This document shows positions 51,154 through 64,000 of a DNA stretch of 64,000 nt, piece by piece. The position numbers and the translations under genes are program-made. Where the stretch lies: assembly GCA_963514005.1 (NCBI GenBank), contig OY740785.1, forward strand, positions 103,168,001 to 103,232,000. Direction: 5' to 3'. Every line of letters begins with the position of its first letter. Position 1 is the stretch's first letter. The stretch is from Raja brachyura (Eukaryota). The notes below the pieces were generated by a model. It did not search any database and was not told where the DNA came from. It saw only the letters and a program-made list of their open reading frames with translations.

Positions 51154-51591
51154 AGGGCCTGTCCTACCAGCATCCGACTCCATGGGGTGAGCGTGACCAA
51201 ACCGGCAGCAAAGTTGGAGCGAAGTCCGCAAGGTAAGTTCTCAAGGACAGAGAGGGACACACAGAGAGGAGCATGGAGGCACACAGAGAGAGGGCCACGG
51301 AGGCACACACAGAGAGGGTCACGGAGCCACATATAGAGAGGGTCACGGAGGCACGACTTCGAGGCGGTGCGTAATGCGTCGAGGCGACTGCGGGCCGACA
51401 AGCCGTTGCCGCGCGGAATTTTTGAACACAGTCAATTTTTCGGAGCCCCGTGCGATGTTGGGACCAGCTCCGTACAACTCCGCACTGCTCCGGTGATCAA
51501 AGTGGGACCGGCCCCAGGAGGCCGGATGGCTCAAGCAACCACGTTAGGTCGCGCTCACCGCATGAAGTCGCATGCTGGTAGGACAGGCCCT
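51154..51591. mobile_element. PIF/Harbinger-type MITE (family of 4845 and 9225, opposite orientation)
   Basis: TIRs agggcctgtcctaccagcat and complement; TAA TSD; 24-bp internal repeats at ~51247-51354. Confidence 0.9.
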
Positions 51592-51879
51592 TAACAGTGG
51601 ATCAGCGACCATCTTTGGAGGACATGGATAGGTGACATTTCAGATTGAGATCCTTCTATAGACTCATTATATCATCAAGGTTGTACTTAGTCCTAATAAT
51701 TATTGGTTTTCCAATAATTTCCACACCAGTATTGTCAGTATGATTAGTGTGTGGTTAATCAATTCATTCCTTTTCCACTTTTCAAAGAATACTATCACTT
51801 AGGAACCCATATTCATTTTTATTTTGCTCAAGGAGTTCTGCTGTGTTTAGTATCTATTAACTGACAAAAACCTATCTTT

Positions 51880-52027
51880 GTATAAGAAGGAACTGCTGAT
51901 GCTGGTTTAAACCGAAGATAGAGGCAAAAAGCTGGACTAACTCAGCGGGACAGACAGCATCCCTGGGAAGAAGGAATGGGTGACGTTTCCCATTCTTTCT
52001 CTCCTGAGATGCTGTCTGTCCCGCTGA
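51880..52027 (-). mobile_element. Penelope terminal repeat ending in a fold-back inversion
   Basis: aagaaggaactgctgatgctgg terminus; 51942-52027 is self-complementary. Confidence 0.75.
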
Positions 52028-52431
52028 AAAACGTATATTTTTCTGCAGCATGAAAAACGTATATTAGCCTGCAGCATCCTTGTGTTCTTGATTATCCCGT
52101 AAAATCGACGGAGCTCCAGATTCAGGCGTCTCACCCTTTATCAGTGGGGAATATATTTGCTTCCAAGCCTCTCAAACTATCTTTGTCATTTTTCACAACT
52201 AAGGAAAATATATTAATTGAGTTTGCTATTAACCAAGTTGATTTTGATTAATTTATCTAAATTAAATAAGATTGCTAATACCAAAATAATACCAGAAGGT
52301 CCTGAGCATCCAGGCACAGATCAGTAAAAGCATCATCACTTATAGGTCAAAATAGAGTTATTCCTAGTTTGCATAGCCCAGTTTCTCAGAATAGACCATA
52401 TTTACTAGCTGACCAAGGTTGAAGTTCCTTT

Positions 52432-53134
52432 TAGGCCTGTCCCACTTAGACGATTTTTCAGCGGACTGCCGGCAACTGTCAAGCTTCCTTCACCAGCCCA
52501 TTATGCTGGTGGGGGATAGGGCAAGCGGGGGGAGCGCTGACTATAAAATTCACACGGTGCAAAGCCAAAGTGAAACAGCCACACACCGCGATGAACAGGG
52601 AGGTTGGCGCTGTAAAAAGATGGCTAAGCGCAGTATACGGTAGGTCCTTTAAAAGAGGGGGGAGAGGTGGAAGAAGGGGGGAGAAGGAGTGGAGACAAAT
52701 TTTATGAAGCCTGAGATACACGGCTATGATGCTCGGCAGACATTTAACATTACCGGTCGGTTATCCTTGGTTCTGAAAACAACTGCTTACTTTTTTTCCC
52801 CATGAGTCAATGAAATTCACCGGCTACAACCTACGAGAGCCTCCGAGAACCTTCAACCTCCTGGCAACCCATTAGGGTCTCTTGACGATCCACCTGCGGC
52901 TCGAGAATTCTCGCTACTCTCCATGGCGGCTTCATCCTAGTCGCCGCTAATTTTTCAACATGTTGAAAAATTCACGGTGCCATTATGAGGCCGCGACTAG
53001 TTCCCAGAATGCGGGAACTCCTCATGACCATGAAGGCGACTCCCCGGCAACCACCCGCGAGCATGTGCCGACCATGTGGCGACTGCATAGTCTCCTGCAG
53101 TCGCCTAGCATGTCGCCTAAGTGGGACAGGCCAA
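52432..53134. mobile_element. PIF/Harbinger-type non-autonomous element (~700 bp)
   Basis: TIRs ggcctgtcccacttag / ctaagtgggacaggcc; flanks ttt / tta. Confidence 0.8.
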
Positions 53135-56100
53135 TTACAATAACTCTAACACTAATTTAATGCCATGTCATGTGCAGTAATCTGGATAAATAGTTGTACA
53201 TCCAATTTAGGTGGTGGTTTGAAAAATCCAATGTAGATTTAATGCAGTAGTACATTTTTAATCTGAATTCTTGAACTGCAGGTATAGCTAAATTTGCTTG
53301 CAATGCAAATTCTGAACAAGAATAAGTTGAGCACAGGAGCTGAAACTCACACTCCAACACAAAAAAAACATGTTCCAACCATCCTGAATTCATTCACTCA
53401 TAATTGAAAAGTTGTATTTCAGTCTGTTAGAATGGGTCAGATGTAATTACAGATCATAATATATTGATAAAGGAAGTATGCTTTAAAATGTGCTGTGCTA
53501 TACTTGCAGGGTATTACTTACAACCATAGTGCACAATGTTTATGCAGTATAAAGCAATACAAAATTCACCACAGAAACTCACATGAATGACCACAGACCA
53601 ACAGGAGATACCTCGTGCGATCCAATGATTGAATGACAGATTCCTGCAGTTTTTCATGGGGAAAACTGGCTGCTGAACCTACAGAACCTATGCCTGATTA
53701 GGCTTTCTGCTGGTTCAACTGCAACAACCATTTCAACTGAGGAGAGCCAAAGATAGGGTAAGCTTCAGGTCACTTTGTTGAATTAATTTAAATGCTTTTA
53801 ATTGCTTTTGTATTTGAGTGCTTAAATATTTTTTTAATTTGGATGTTAGAATGTAATATGATTTTTAAATGCTTTTGAATGTTATGTTCACAGACGTTCA
53901 ATATGTTCACAGACGCTCGACGACAGGCAGGAAGGCCATGGTGGTTCTTCGCCAGGCAGTGCTAACTATTCTTAGCAAGAAGGTCCAACAATGTATAGGG
54001 GCACTCCATCAGGGACCTGATTTGGAGACCAGTTTACTAATGTAGGTAGGAGTTTGGGTCATTTGCCGCTTAGTGTTACATGGGTCAGTCCCACCTGTGC
54101 ATTCATGGTTCCATATTGTATTATATTCCTTATTCAATTATATCTTGCACCTAACAACTCACAGGGCATAAAGAGGCTATCATGATTTCCATCCCATAGT
54201 TCTTCACATATTTACCAAATGTTTGTTCCAAAATGTTGTTCCAAAATTGCTATTACGGATTTCTATTTACAATAGTGTATCAAAGTACAGAGGGCCAGGC
54301 AGATAATCCTGCTCTGAATTGCAACAGTACCACATGAATCAGTTAGAAGCTGTTTCATATGCACAAATGAGATGCAGATACAATGAAAATCTTGCTTCTG
54401 ATGCATCACAGGCACACAGACCCAGGCAACATACAAAAATTTAAAGCATATATAATTTACACAAAAATTCTACATCATAGTAAAAAGAAAAAAAGACCAA
54501 AAGAAAGACATTAGCGCAAATATTTATACTTAGAAAACAAGTCTGTTGTGGTGCAAGAGGTGGTCCATAGTGTTCCATTGTCAAGGTAGGGTTAAGATTG
54601 TTTAATTCAGTTCAAGACACCATAAGAGATGGCTCTTGCACAAAGTTTCCATCACTGCTTTGAGTTTACCTGGTGTTTGGCTCATCATCGCAGACCATAA
54701 TAGTTCCAACTTTAAAGCACGAGTTACATTAATCTCTGCATGAACCCTAATAAAATAACCATAAATTGCCCACTGAAGGGTAGACATTTATTTTTAAATA
54801 TGTGTTAAATTATGGAGAAACTTATCATTTATTATCAAGTATGCCAACGTCTTTATGTTATTGTAACCTGTTAAATTAAGCAGAACTGGTCTAACAGGTC
54901 AGGACTAGTTTAACACCTCTCAAGAGAATGAACTCTAGTCCTTTGAAATAACGTTTGGCAGTGTTTTAACCATTGCCATTACTTGTATTGGTTTATCCGT
55001 ATCCCAAGAGACCTTGCATGTCTAGCCCTTTTTGATCTTTCCAAACAGGAGGTTGCTTCTTTTTTCTGCGCCACACGACTTTTGATCTAACTGATACCAT
55101 ATAATAAATCTAATGGACACTGCAAAGAATGCAGGGCGCTTCAGTACCACTCAACAAAGCACAGCATCCTGCCATCTTTGAACAAAGGACGTTTTAAAAT
55201 TTTAAGGTTGCAACACGAGATTCCCGGAGAGTTGGCTCTCTCATTTATTCCACTGATAAATCTGCAGAGTAGCTTTAATAATCTATAAAACAGTGCCATA
55301 TGTGCTTTCCCACATCTTTTACCATTTCTTAATTGTGACTTTGAGGCAAGTTAATGGAGAGAAACAACAGTGCATCTCACTGCATCAGAGATACACATAG
55401 CTAGAAATCTGTACAATTCAAAATAAATGGTGCTGTGCTGTTGAAAATCAGAACAACACAGAGTAGATCAATTTTGTCCACGCTGACACCAAGGCAGTAA
55501 ATAAATCAGTAAATCAGTCAGTAAATTTGGGATCATAATGGTCAATTATGAAACATTTCTGGGCTCCTCATTGAAAATATATATATTTTTTGTTGAATTT
55601 CCATTCACAGTCCTTTGCACAGCAACCATAATAATAAAGCATATCCAATGCACTGATTTTTATTTAGTAGCAGAACAACCATGTTTTATTCATCTCTTTC
55701 ACCTGAAACAATGCTCTTTCCCAAGCTAACTGTCCTTAATAAGATCAGTGACACCAAGAGGCACCAAATATAACCTCACTTGTGCCTCATTTGGATCCAT
55801 GTGTAAAATGGTAAGGTTTAGAGGGATATGGGCCAAATGCAGGCAAATGGGGCATCTTGTTTGGCATGGAGAGTTGGGCTGAAGGGCCTATTTCCAAGCA
55901 GTATGGCTCTAATTACTTTGTGGTATTTGATGTGCATATGAGGATCATTGACAATGCTTCCTATCAGATTCCTGGCCTCAGAATTATTCCAGTCCACTGC
56001 TGTTTATCTCTACCACATTGCTCTATTTGCTGCTCACTGCAGCATTTGGCACATGATCCAAAATCGGTACTCAATGAGAAGAGATTTTGTCCATTTCCTT

Positions 56101-56483
56101 CAGATCATTGCGGTGGAGCAGGCAAGGGACTAGCCATCCATTGAAGTCTTTCCCAAAGAGCAGAGGCTCAGTGACCTCACTCATGTCCTTGCAATGATGT
56201 CCTTGACACCTGTCTGTACCACTGGAGTGTCTCAATGCACAGTCACACAAAGAATACGCCTCCTCCAGGCATTGTTCAGAAATAGTCTGCCCAGGTCCTC
56301 TCATACCTCTGGGAACACTCACCCACACTGCTGTCCCATTAATTCAACAATAGCGACAATCTCATGCAGCATGGGAAGAAATGCTTACATTACGATATGT
56401 CTGGTTAATAGCTGGCTGCAGAAATCACATCTGAGAGAATAAACAGAGGAAGCAGTGAGAAATTATAATAGATCACTGGAGAA

Positions 56484-56732
56484 CACAGTGGCAGAAGCGC
56501 AGCAGTAGAGTTGCTGCTTTACAGCGCCAGAGACCTGGGTTCAATCCTGACTATGAGTGCTGGCTGATAGTTTGGGTTTTCCCTGGGTTTTCCGCTTTCC
56601 TCCCACACTCCAAACACGTATAGGTTTGTAGGTTAATTGGCTTTGGCCTGAGTTGTTAGAATAGTGCTAGTGTACTGCGATCGCTGTCGGCGCAGAAGGG
56701 TCTGGTTCCACGCTGTATCGCTGAACTAAACC
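56484..56732 (+). mobile_element. V-SINE, internally deleted
   Basis: tRNA-like head, V-domain and ctaaa tail. Confidence 0.82.
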
Positions 56733-59515
56733 AAAAAATGTTTCCATTTCTGTTTTCAACTGCTCTTACTGAGGGACATACAATAGCAGTTTTATGTGGA
56801 GCTTGCATTTGAATTTCTTGCTTTTTATGCAACTTTGAAAAACAATTTTAGGGTGGCCCACATTTTAGCTTTAAATGGCACAAATAGGCAAAGTAATTCC
56901 TGGATCATCTCTGCACTCAGTTGCAAGCTTTTTTTCTGCCTTGTCATCTCATACCTTGTCCTTTGGGAGCCTGGTAAATCCTCAGAAGACGGGGCGTGAA
57001 TGCAAAGCAATAGCTTTCTCCCTTCCCTATTCCCCAAGAGAAAATAAATCCAGCTTCAATCTCCCAATAGCAGGGAAAGGTTGTTGAAATTGTCAGATAC
57101 TTTGATAAAAGGGACTAAGCAGCTACTATTTCAGATGGAAACGGATCAGCATTGGAGCAATTAGATAATATTCACATGACCCAGAATTGAGAAGAACATT
57201 TCTTGAAATACATCAATTTGTAAATGATCTAGAACAAATTATTTTTATGAATGGTGCAAGCAGATTTACCAATAGCCTCCAAAAGGAATTGGATACATCT
57301 TAGAAACAATCAAACCTTGCAGGGCTGTGGCGTAAGAAAAGGGACTAGCAAAACATGTCATACACCTATCATCTGTGTTGCATCGTTCAATGCCCATTAA
57401 CTGAGACACATCAAACCTAAATAGAAGCCTGCTTATATTGATATCACCCAAGACAGGTGACCCTTGGCATTACAGAAGGGTTGCATTCTTGGAATACTAC
57501 CTGTATCCTGATTTTCTGTAACATTTCCCTTATCTGTCAGAATAAAATTTCTCTCAACAATAAAGACAGTACCACAGCTGCCGGTTGATATTGGGGGGGG
57601 GGGGGGTGGGGGTGGGGGGGGGGGGGGGTCACCTAAGAAATTGGCTTCTCAGTTTCCAAAGCAAATCTCGTAAGTGACTCGCATTTGGAAACACAAGTGA
57701 CTACAGAGGCTATAATCTGGAGCAACAGAGAAACTGGTTGTGTGCAGGTAGTGATGACAGCTCAAAACAGATAATGGGGGGGGGGGGGAGGGGGAGGGGG
57801 GGGGGGGGGGAAGGACAAATAGAGCCAAGTTGATGAAGGGGAGTGGAGATCAGTGGCAGCCTTGTTTCTTCTTGGTCGATTTGGTTTATAATTTGCACCT
57901 AAAGTGCTGGTCCTTTTTCAGACATCCCAATGGTGAATATTACGGACTTTTATTGAAAATTAACCTGTTAGGTGAACAAATGAACTGCCCAACCTTTTTA
58001 GTGCCACATTACCTGCCCATGTGTCGAGAAATGAGAGTTGAAAAAAAAATTAAAGCACACAGAATGTGTTGTTTCTTTTACATTTAGTGCTTATTTACAT
58101 ATTTCCCTGCCCCTCCCCAAACAAAGGTAGTGATTTTGGAATTTAATTCAGATAGATTTCCAAAACTGGCAAAGCTCTTTAGGAGAGGTTTCCTGCGATG
58201 CTCACAATCCAACCTTCCATTCTGTGATAAAAAGAGGTCCAAATGTAGATTGGCATTTAGGGAAACCAAATGTCAAAAAACAATGTTTGTATAATTAGAC
58301 TTTAATCTATTCTTTCACCTCCTGTGAATGGAGAAACTAAGCTTTGGCTACCCATCTGCATTGCATTACTGATAGAACAGATCATTATTTAGTTTATTAC
58401 ATGATTCTGTATTCCTGCAGATAGTATCATTTCCATTGGACATGAAGGAATAGCTTCACATTATTTTTGTTCCAAAAAGCAGCCTTATTAAGCTTCTCAA
58501 TCCTTCTTATATATCCTCGCTGCACTTGGTACTAAATCTTCCTTATCGACAATCCTTACATTCAAGATCTTCAATAACTACAAAAAGTCACATTGCTTGA
58601 AATGAGATTTTAGGTTATTCCCATAAGATTTACTACATGCTTAAGCATACAAAATAAAAATGGTAATATTCAGTGGACTAATAAAAACAAAATAAAAGCT
58701 CACTATCGCTTCTCACTGTTATTTTAGTTTTTATCTCTTGTGTCAAAATTCAATCATCCATCTTTTTTTCTTTATCGCTGATTCTACACAGAATGTAATT
58801 AGTAGAGCAAGTCAAAGCTTTGTATTATTTTAACCAGTAATCCCACAAGGATTTTCGATGTATTCAAATTCCAGTGCCATGATAGCTCAAGCGATTTTTA
58901 TGAACAAAGAGGGAATTTAATCACCTTCTCCTGCTCAACACACCAGTTGATGCTGTTCCTTACACAAAAATGGAATTATGTACCTAAAAGAATTCTGAAA
59001 ATACACACGTCAAGTCAGCATCCCCAAGCACAAAAGGTAGCAGTATGCAATTTTCTGACAGAAGAACAAATCTGTTGCCTTTTATAGAAACCAGCTGATT
59101 CACCTCTTAACAAAGGAGATTTATAAATTATATTTTTTATTAAAAAATAAAATTTAATAAAATATATTTCAAGGGAATTTGCTGATAATATGGCTGAGCT
59201 TGGAAATCTAAAGATCTCACAAAAACAAAGAAATACAACTCATTAGCACACAGTGCACATCCAAGGGTAAATGACTGCAAGCTTTTTTCCCCCAAGTTGA
59301 GTAAATCAGAAGTTTTGATGTGTTACAGAACAATTAATTAACTGAATTCAGTTAAATAAATATGGAAGAAAATGTGATGGACTTGAAATTCTCCATGGTA
59401 ACATTGTTTGTGACACTTTTTAAAAAAATTAAAAACCAATCCATCATTGAAACTCAATATATATCTTGACAATGGGAAATAAAATAAGCCCCAAAACTGA
59501 TAGATACAAAATGCA

Positions 59516-59832
59516 TGGCAGCGCAGCAGTAAAGTTGCTGCCTTCCAGCGCCTGCAGCTCCAGAGACCAGGGTTTGATCCCGACTACAGGTGCTTGTCTA
59601 TACAGAGTTTGTGCATTCACCCCATGACTGCGTGGGGTTTCTCCGAGAACTTTGGCTTCATCCTACACTCTGAAGACCTACAGGTTTGTAGGTTAATTGG
59701 CTTGGTATTAAAAACATGTAAAACTGTCCCTAGTGTGTGTAGGATTGTGTTAATGTGCGGGGATCGCTGGTTGGTGCAGACTTGGTGTGCTGAAGGCCCT
59801 GCTTCCATGCTGTATCTCTAAACTAAACTGAA
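59516..59832 (+). mobile_element. V-SINE, near full length, inserted in a Penelope terminal remnant
   Basis: tRNA-like head, V-domain and (ctaaa)n tail; flanked by caaaatgc / aaaaatgc. Confidence 0.85.
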
Positions 59833-60588
59833 CAAAAATGCTAAGTTACTCAGCAGGTCAGGCTGTATCTCTGGAGAAGCGGAATAGGTGATATTTCGGG
59901 TTGGAACTTTGTTTTCTTCAATCCATGTGCTTTCCCTTCATGCCAACTACCTCAGGTGAATGATGAAATAAGATCAGGTCTCTCATCTGTAATATTGATG
60001 ACACAAACCCACTATTTGGTCTATTGTGCCCCTGTGGATAGTATCATTTTCATTTGAAGTTACGCTAATCATAATTTCATTTCAGTTTCACATTAATCCA
60101 GAGCAGATTTATTAAGCTTCCCCCCTCTCATGCCCATCATTGCTGCACTCAAATCGCAAAGAGTAACTGGATTCAAACTCAATGCGCATATACAGTACAT
60201 TCAGTAAGTATTCAGACCCCTTCACTTTTTCCACATTTTGTTACGTTCCAGCCTTATTCTAAATTGGATTTTTTTAAAAATCATCAATCTACGCACAATA
60301 CCTCATAATAAAAGAAGCAAAAACAGGTGTTTAGAAATTTTTGCAAAGTAATTAAAAAGAAATAAGTGAAATATCTAATTTACATAAGTATTCAGACCCT
60401 TTGCTATGACACTCAAAATTGAGCTTAGGTTAATACTGTTTCCATTGATTATTCCTGAGATGTTTCTACAACTTGAGTGTAGTCCACAAGTGGTAAATTA
60501 AATTGATTGTAAATGAATTGGAAAGGTACACACCTGTCTGTGTAAGGTCCCACAGTTGACAGCGTATGTCAAGGCAAAAAAACTAGCC

Positions 60589-61588
60589 ATGAAGACTAAG
60601 GAATTGTCTGTAGACCTCCCAGACCGGATTGTGTCGAGACACAGATCTGGGGAAGGGTATAAACCAATTTCTGCAGCATTGCAGGTCCCGAAGAGCACAG
60701 TGGACTCCGTTGTTCTTGAATGGAAGAACTTTGAAACCACCAGGTCTCTTCATGGAGCTGGCTACCCGGCCAAACTGAGCAATCAGGCGGGAAGGGCCTT
60801 GGTCAGGGAGGTGACCAAGAACCCGATGGTCATTCTGACAGAGCTCCAGAGTTCCTCTGTGGAGATGGGAGAAACTTCCAGAAGGACAACTATATCTGCA
60901 ACACTCCACCAATCAGGCCTTTATGGTAGAATGGCCGGACGGAAGCCACTCCTCAGTAAAAGGCACAAGACAGCCCACTTGGAGTTTGCCAAAAGGCACC
61001 TAAACAAAATTCTCTGGCCTGATGAAACTAAGATTAAACGCTTTGGCCTGAATGCCAAGCGTCAAGTCTTGAGGAAACTAGGTACCACTCATCACCTGGC
61101 CAACACCAGACCTATGGTGAAATATGGCGGTGGCGGCATCATGCTGTGGGGATGAACTCCCAGCAGCAGGAACTGGGAGACTAGGCAGCTTCGAGGGAAA
61201 GATGAACGGAGCAAAGTACAGAGAGATCCTTGATGAAAGCCTGCTCCAGACCGTTAAGAACCTCAGGCTGGGGCAGAGGTTCACCTTCCAACAGGACAAT
61301 GATCCTAAGCACACAGACAAGACAATGCAGGAATGGCTTTGTGACACGTCTGTGAATGTCCTTTAGTGGCCCAGCCAGAGCCCTGACTTGTACCCCACCG
61401 AACATCTCTGGAGGGACGTGAAAATAGCTGTGCATCGACGCTACCCATCCAACCTGAGAGAGCTTGAGAGGATCTGCAGAGAAGAATGGGAGAAATTACC
61501 CAAATACAAGTGTGCCAAGCTTGTAGCGTCATACCCAAGTAGACTTGAGGCTGTAATTGCTGCCAAAGGTACCTCAACAAAGTACTGA
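60589..61588 (+). pseudogene. Tc1 DD34E transposase, frameshifted with stops
   Basis: MKTKELS..GEGYK.IS (paired HTH), WPDETKI, QQDNDPKHT, SPDLYPTEHLW. Confidence 0.88.
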
Positions 61589-61779
61589 GTAAAGGGTCTG
61601 AATGTGATGTTTCAGTTATTTCTTCTTAATTGCTTTGCAAAAAATTCCTAACACCTGTTTTCACTTTTTTACTATGGGGTATTGTGTATAGATTGATGAT
61701 AGAATGTTTATTATCCATTTTAGAATAAGGTTGTAACGTAACAAAATGTGGAAAAAGTGAAGGGATCTGAATACTTCCT

Positions 61780-62242
61780 TTTTTAAAAATATTTTATTTA
61801 TTAGAAGTAATGTACATTACAGTGATATAAGCCAAAAATAACATAATACATTTCATGTACCACTTCTTGTTTTAAACTTTAAGGAGGAGAAGAATAGAGA
61901 AAGTTAGTTAAGATAGTAAGTGTGTGAAAGAGTGATCATGAAAAACCTGTAGTAGCGTAAAACACGAGAAAGAATAAAAAAGAAAACCAAAGAAAAAGAA
62001 AGAGAAAAATAGAAGATATGAGAAAGTAAAATAAGATAAACGGGATGTACCTACTTTGTATCTTTACACACCCCTCACCAGGTCTTGACACCATTTATTT
62101 CCAAAGTTACGTTGCACCGTATGCTTGTAATAAGTCGATAAATAGAGACCAAATCTTTTGGAAATGGTCTAATTTGCCTGCTAGGAGGAATCTCATATCT
62201 TCGAGCTGTAACATTTCAAACATATTTGAAATCCACATTTGC
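61780..62242 (-). mobile_element. L1-clade 3' fragment
   Basis: MWISNMFEMLQLEDMRFLLAGKLDHFQKIWSLF matches the C-terminus of the L1 at ~48700-48830. TSD atacttcct / atactttct. Confidence 0.8.
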
Positions 62243-62699
62243 ATACTTTCTGAATGCACAGTAAGCATGCTTTGTAACAAATGTAACAATTTCACAGCTT
62301 TTGCAATGAGACCACTGACTTTGCAGTTGTAATGTTGTTTGATCTGCGTCTCAAACACAAGAACAGTGCTCCTTCAGGGTGCAGCCTTACATCACCTGAA
62401 CCATTCTTTAGGGGACCACTAGTAGGGTTGCATGCAGATTCTTGAAAAATGGTCTTGAAAGTAACCAGCGCTTTGGCGAAGAATTCCCAAGACATTAATC
62501 CTTACCATGGGTGTCGAAATGCACCACATCCTTTTGGCCATTGGGGGTGCCTGGTGCCTGCGCTCAAAACCCAAATTTCACTCAAGAGCAAAACCATCTG
62601 AATGCAGACAGATCAAAAACACGACTTAAGAATGTTTATGGGAACTCTCTGCATTTGACCCAGAGAAGCTAGTAAGTTATGAACTCAAGACCTGTGAGT

Positions 62700-63009
62700 T
62701 CCCGATGTTGGGGGAGTCCAGAACCAGGGGCCACAGCTTAAGAATAAGGGGTAAGGCAACTAGAACGGAGATGAGGAAACACTTTTTCACACAGATAGTT
62801 GTGGAATTCTCTGCCTCAGAGGGCGGTGGAGGCAGGTTCTCTGGATGCTTTCAAGAGAGAGCTAGATAGGGCTCTTAAATATAGCAGAGTCAGGGGATAT
62901 GGGGAGAAGGCGGGAACGGGGTACCGATTGTGGATGAGCCATGATCATATTGAATGGCGGTGCTGGCTCGAAGGGCCGAATGGCCTACTCCTGCACCTAT
63001 TGTCTATTG
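62700..63009 (+). mobile_element. CR1 3' fragment
   Basis: WNSLPQRAVEAGSLDAFKRELDRAL; tattgtctattg tail. Confidence 0.9.
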
Positions 63010-64000
63010 ACCAAACCTGTCTTAAATTTTTTTTTTAGACAATAGGTGCAGGAGAAGGCAGCCAACATTGGAAAAAATTCGAACCAACAGCCAACATTGG
63101 AAAAAATAGGTTGCAGAACTGATATAAAAAAATAAAATAAGGGTAACAATGAAGAATGATAATGTCCAGAGGGGTCAGGAGGGAGCATCGTTTAAAATTG
63201 ACTCAAGTGGCAGTAAGGAAAGCCAAGCAAGAGCACCTTACAGCCACCACCACTGACCAATTCCAGGCAACTCTGGTGCTGACTCGTTTTCCTTATTCAT
63301 GATAATATTTAATAATACAAAGGTAATGCAAGCATTGTAGGGGGCCAATCATGATCTATTGTAGGTGGGGCAAAGGGAAATGGTAAATACAATTTAGAGA
63401 AACATTCATACCAAGCATTTGAAAGAAGGAATTGTGGCATAAACCATGATATTTCCAATCATCAGTAACTTCATAACTAATGTTTTATTGAGACTGTCAA
63501 ATTAATTACCATCAATGCACATTTTTTAACACATATTTGAATTAATCCATCAAATTGATTAAAGCGCTAATTATTTTTTAGTGTCAAAACTAGAGTTAAA
63601 AGACTAAATTAAAGTCTCTTTTTAATTCTTTACTCTTCCTTTTAGCCCCATTGAAGTGCACTCAATGGTTTCCATCCACCTAAACAAGAGGGAGAACACT
63701 CCACAGAAGGAAAATTCATATTCTATTATCGTTTAATAGTGTGATTAAAATAGCGATTACTGGCTATTATTTGCATCATTAATTTCAATCAGATTTTTTA
63801 AAAGTAGTTCGACAGACTTACATTTTACAGTTAAAATTGAGTATGTACTAGAGACAGGTAGGGGCAGAGAGTTAAATAAATATGTATAATATCGAGGAAT
63901 AAGGAAATCTCCCAGACATTAATCATTGAGTCCATGCCAACCACTAATCACCCATTATACCAATCCTGTACGTCCCATTTTATTGCCCCCACATTTCCTT

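Larger units (their letters stand above)
60193..62261 (+). mobile_element. Tc1 transposon (IR/DR type), full length but inactivated; right TIR split by an L1 fragment
   Basis: TA|cagtacattcag...tgaatgcacag|TA. Direct repeats aagtattcagaccc within the TIR. Transposase motifs present. Confidence 0.92.

Noticed and set aside
57592-57810. Poly-G tracts as functional G-quadruplex elements
   Set aside because: Simple homopolymer runs next to repeat remnants, error-prone in assemblies, with no supporting context.
1-64000. Most ORFs in the supplied track as genes
   Set aside because: They are fragments or shadow frames of transposons, GC-rich MITE sequence, or short random ORFs; none is a complete host gene.

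Overview
Eukaryotic, repeat-dense vertebrate DNA. The CR1, V-SINE/HE1 and Penelope repeat types suggest a cartilaginous fish such as a skate or ray (inference). No intact protein-coding gene, rRNA, true tRNA gene or CRISPR array is visible; the window looks intronic or intergenic. It holds many decayed, often nested transposons: CR1 fragments of several families, L2, Rex1/Babar, RTE, L1, HERO, Penelope, V-SINEs, a DIRS1 element with intact termini, a Gypsy element inside a Tc1, three Tc1 copies and seven PIF/Harbinger-type MITEs sharing one TIR. Most notable: (1) ~70-95 bp Penelope-derived inserts consisting of a minimal hammerhead-ribozyme core plus a short tail, with 9-17 bp TSDs and 5' junctions clustered at the CUGA box; (2) a Gypsy whose pol fragment sits inside what looks like a single LTR with a 27-bp duplication; (3) several locally templated insertions; (4) weak candidate minus-strand host exons. 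All family calls come from motif recognition by eye, without database searches.
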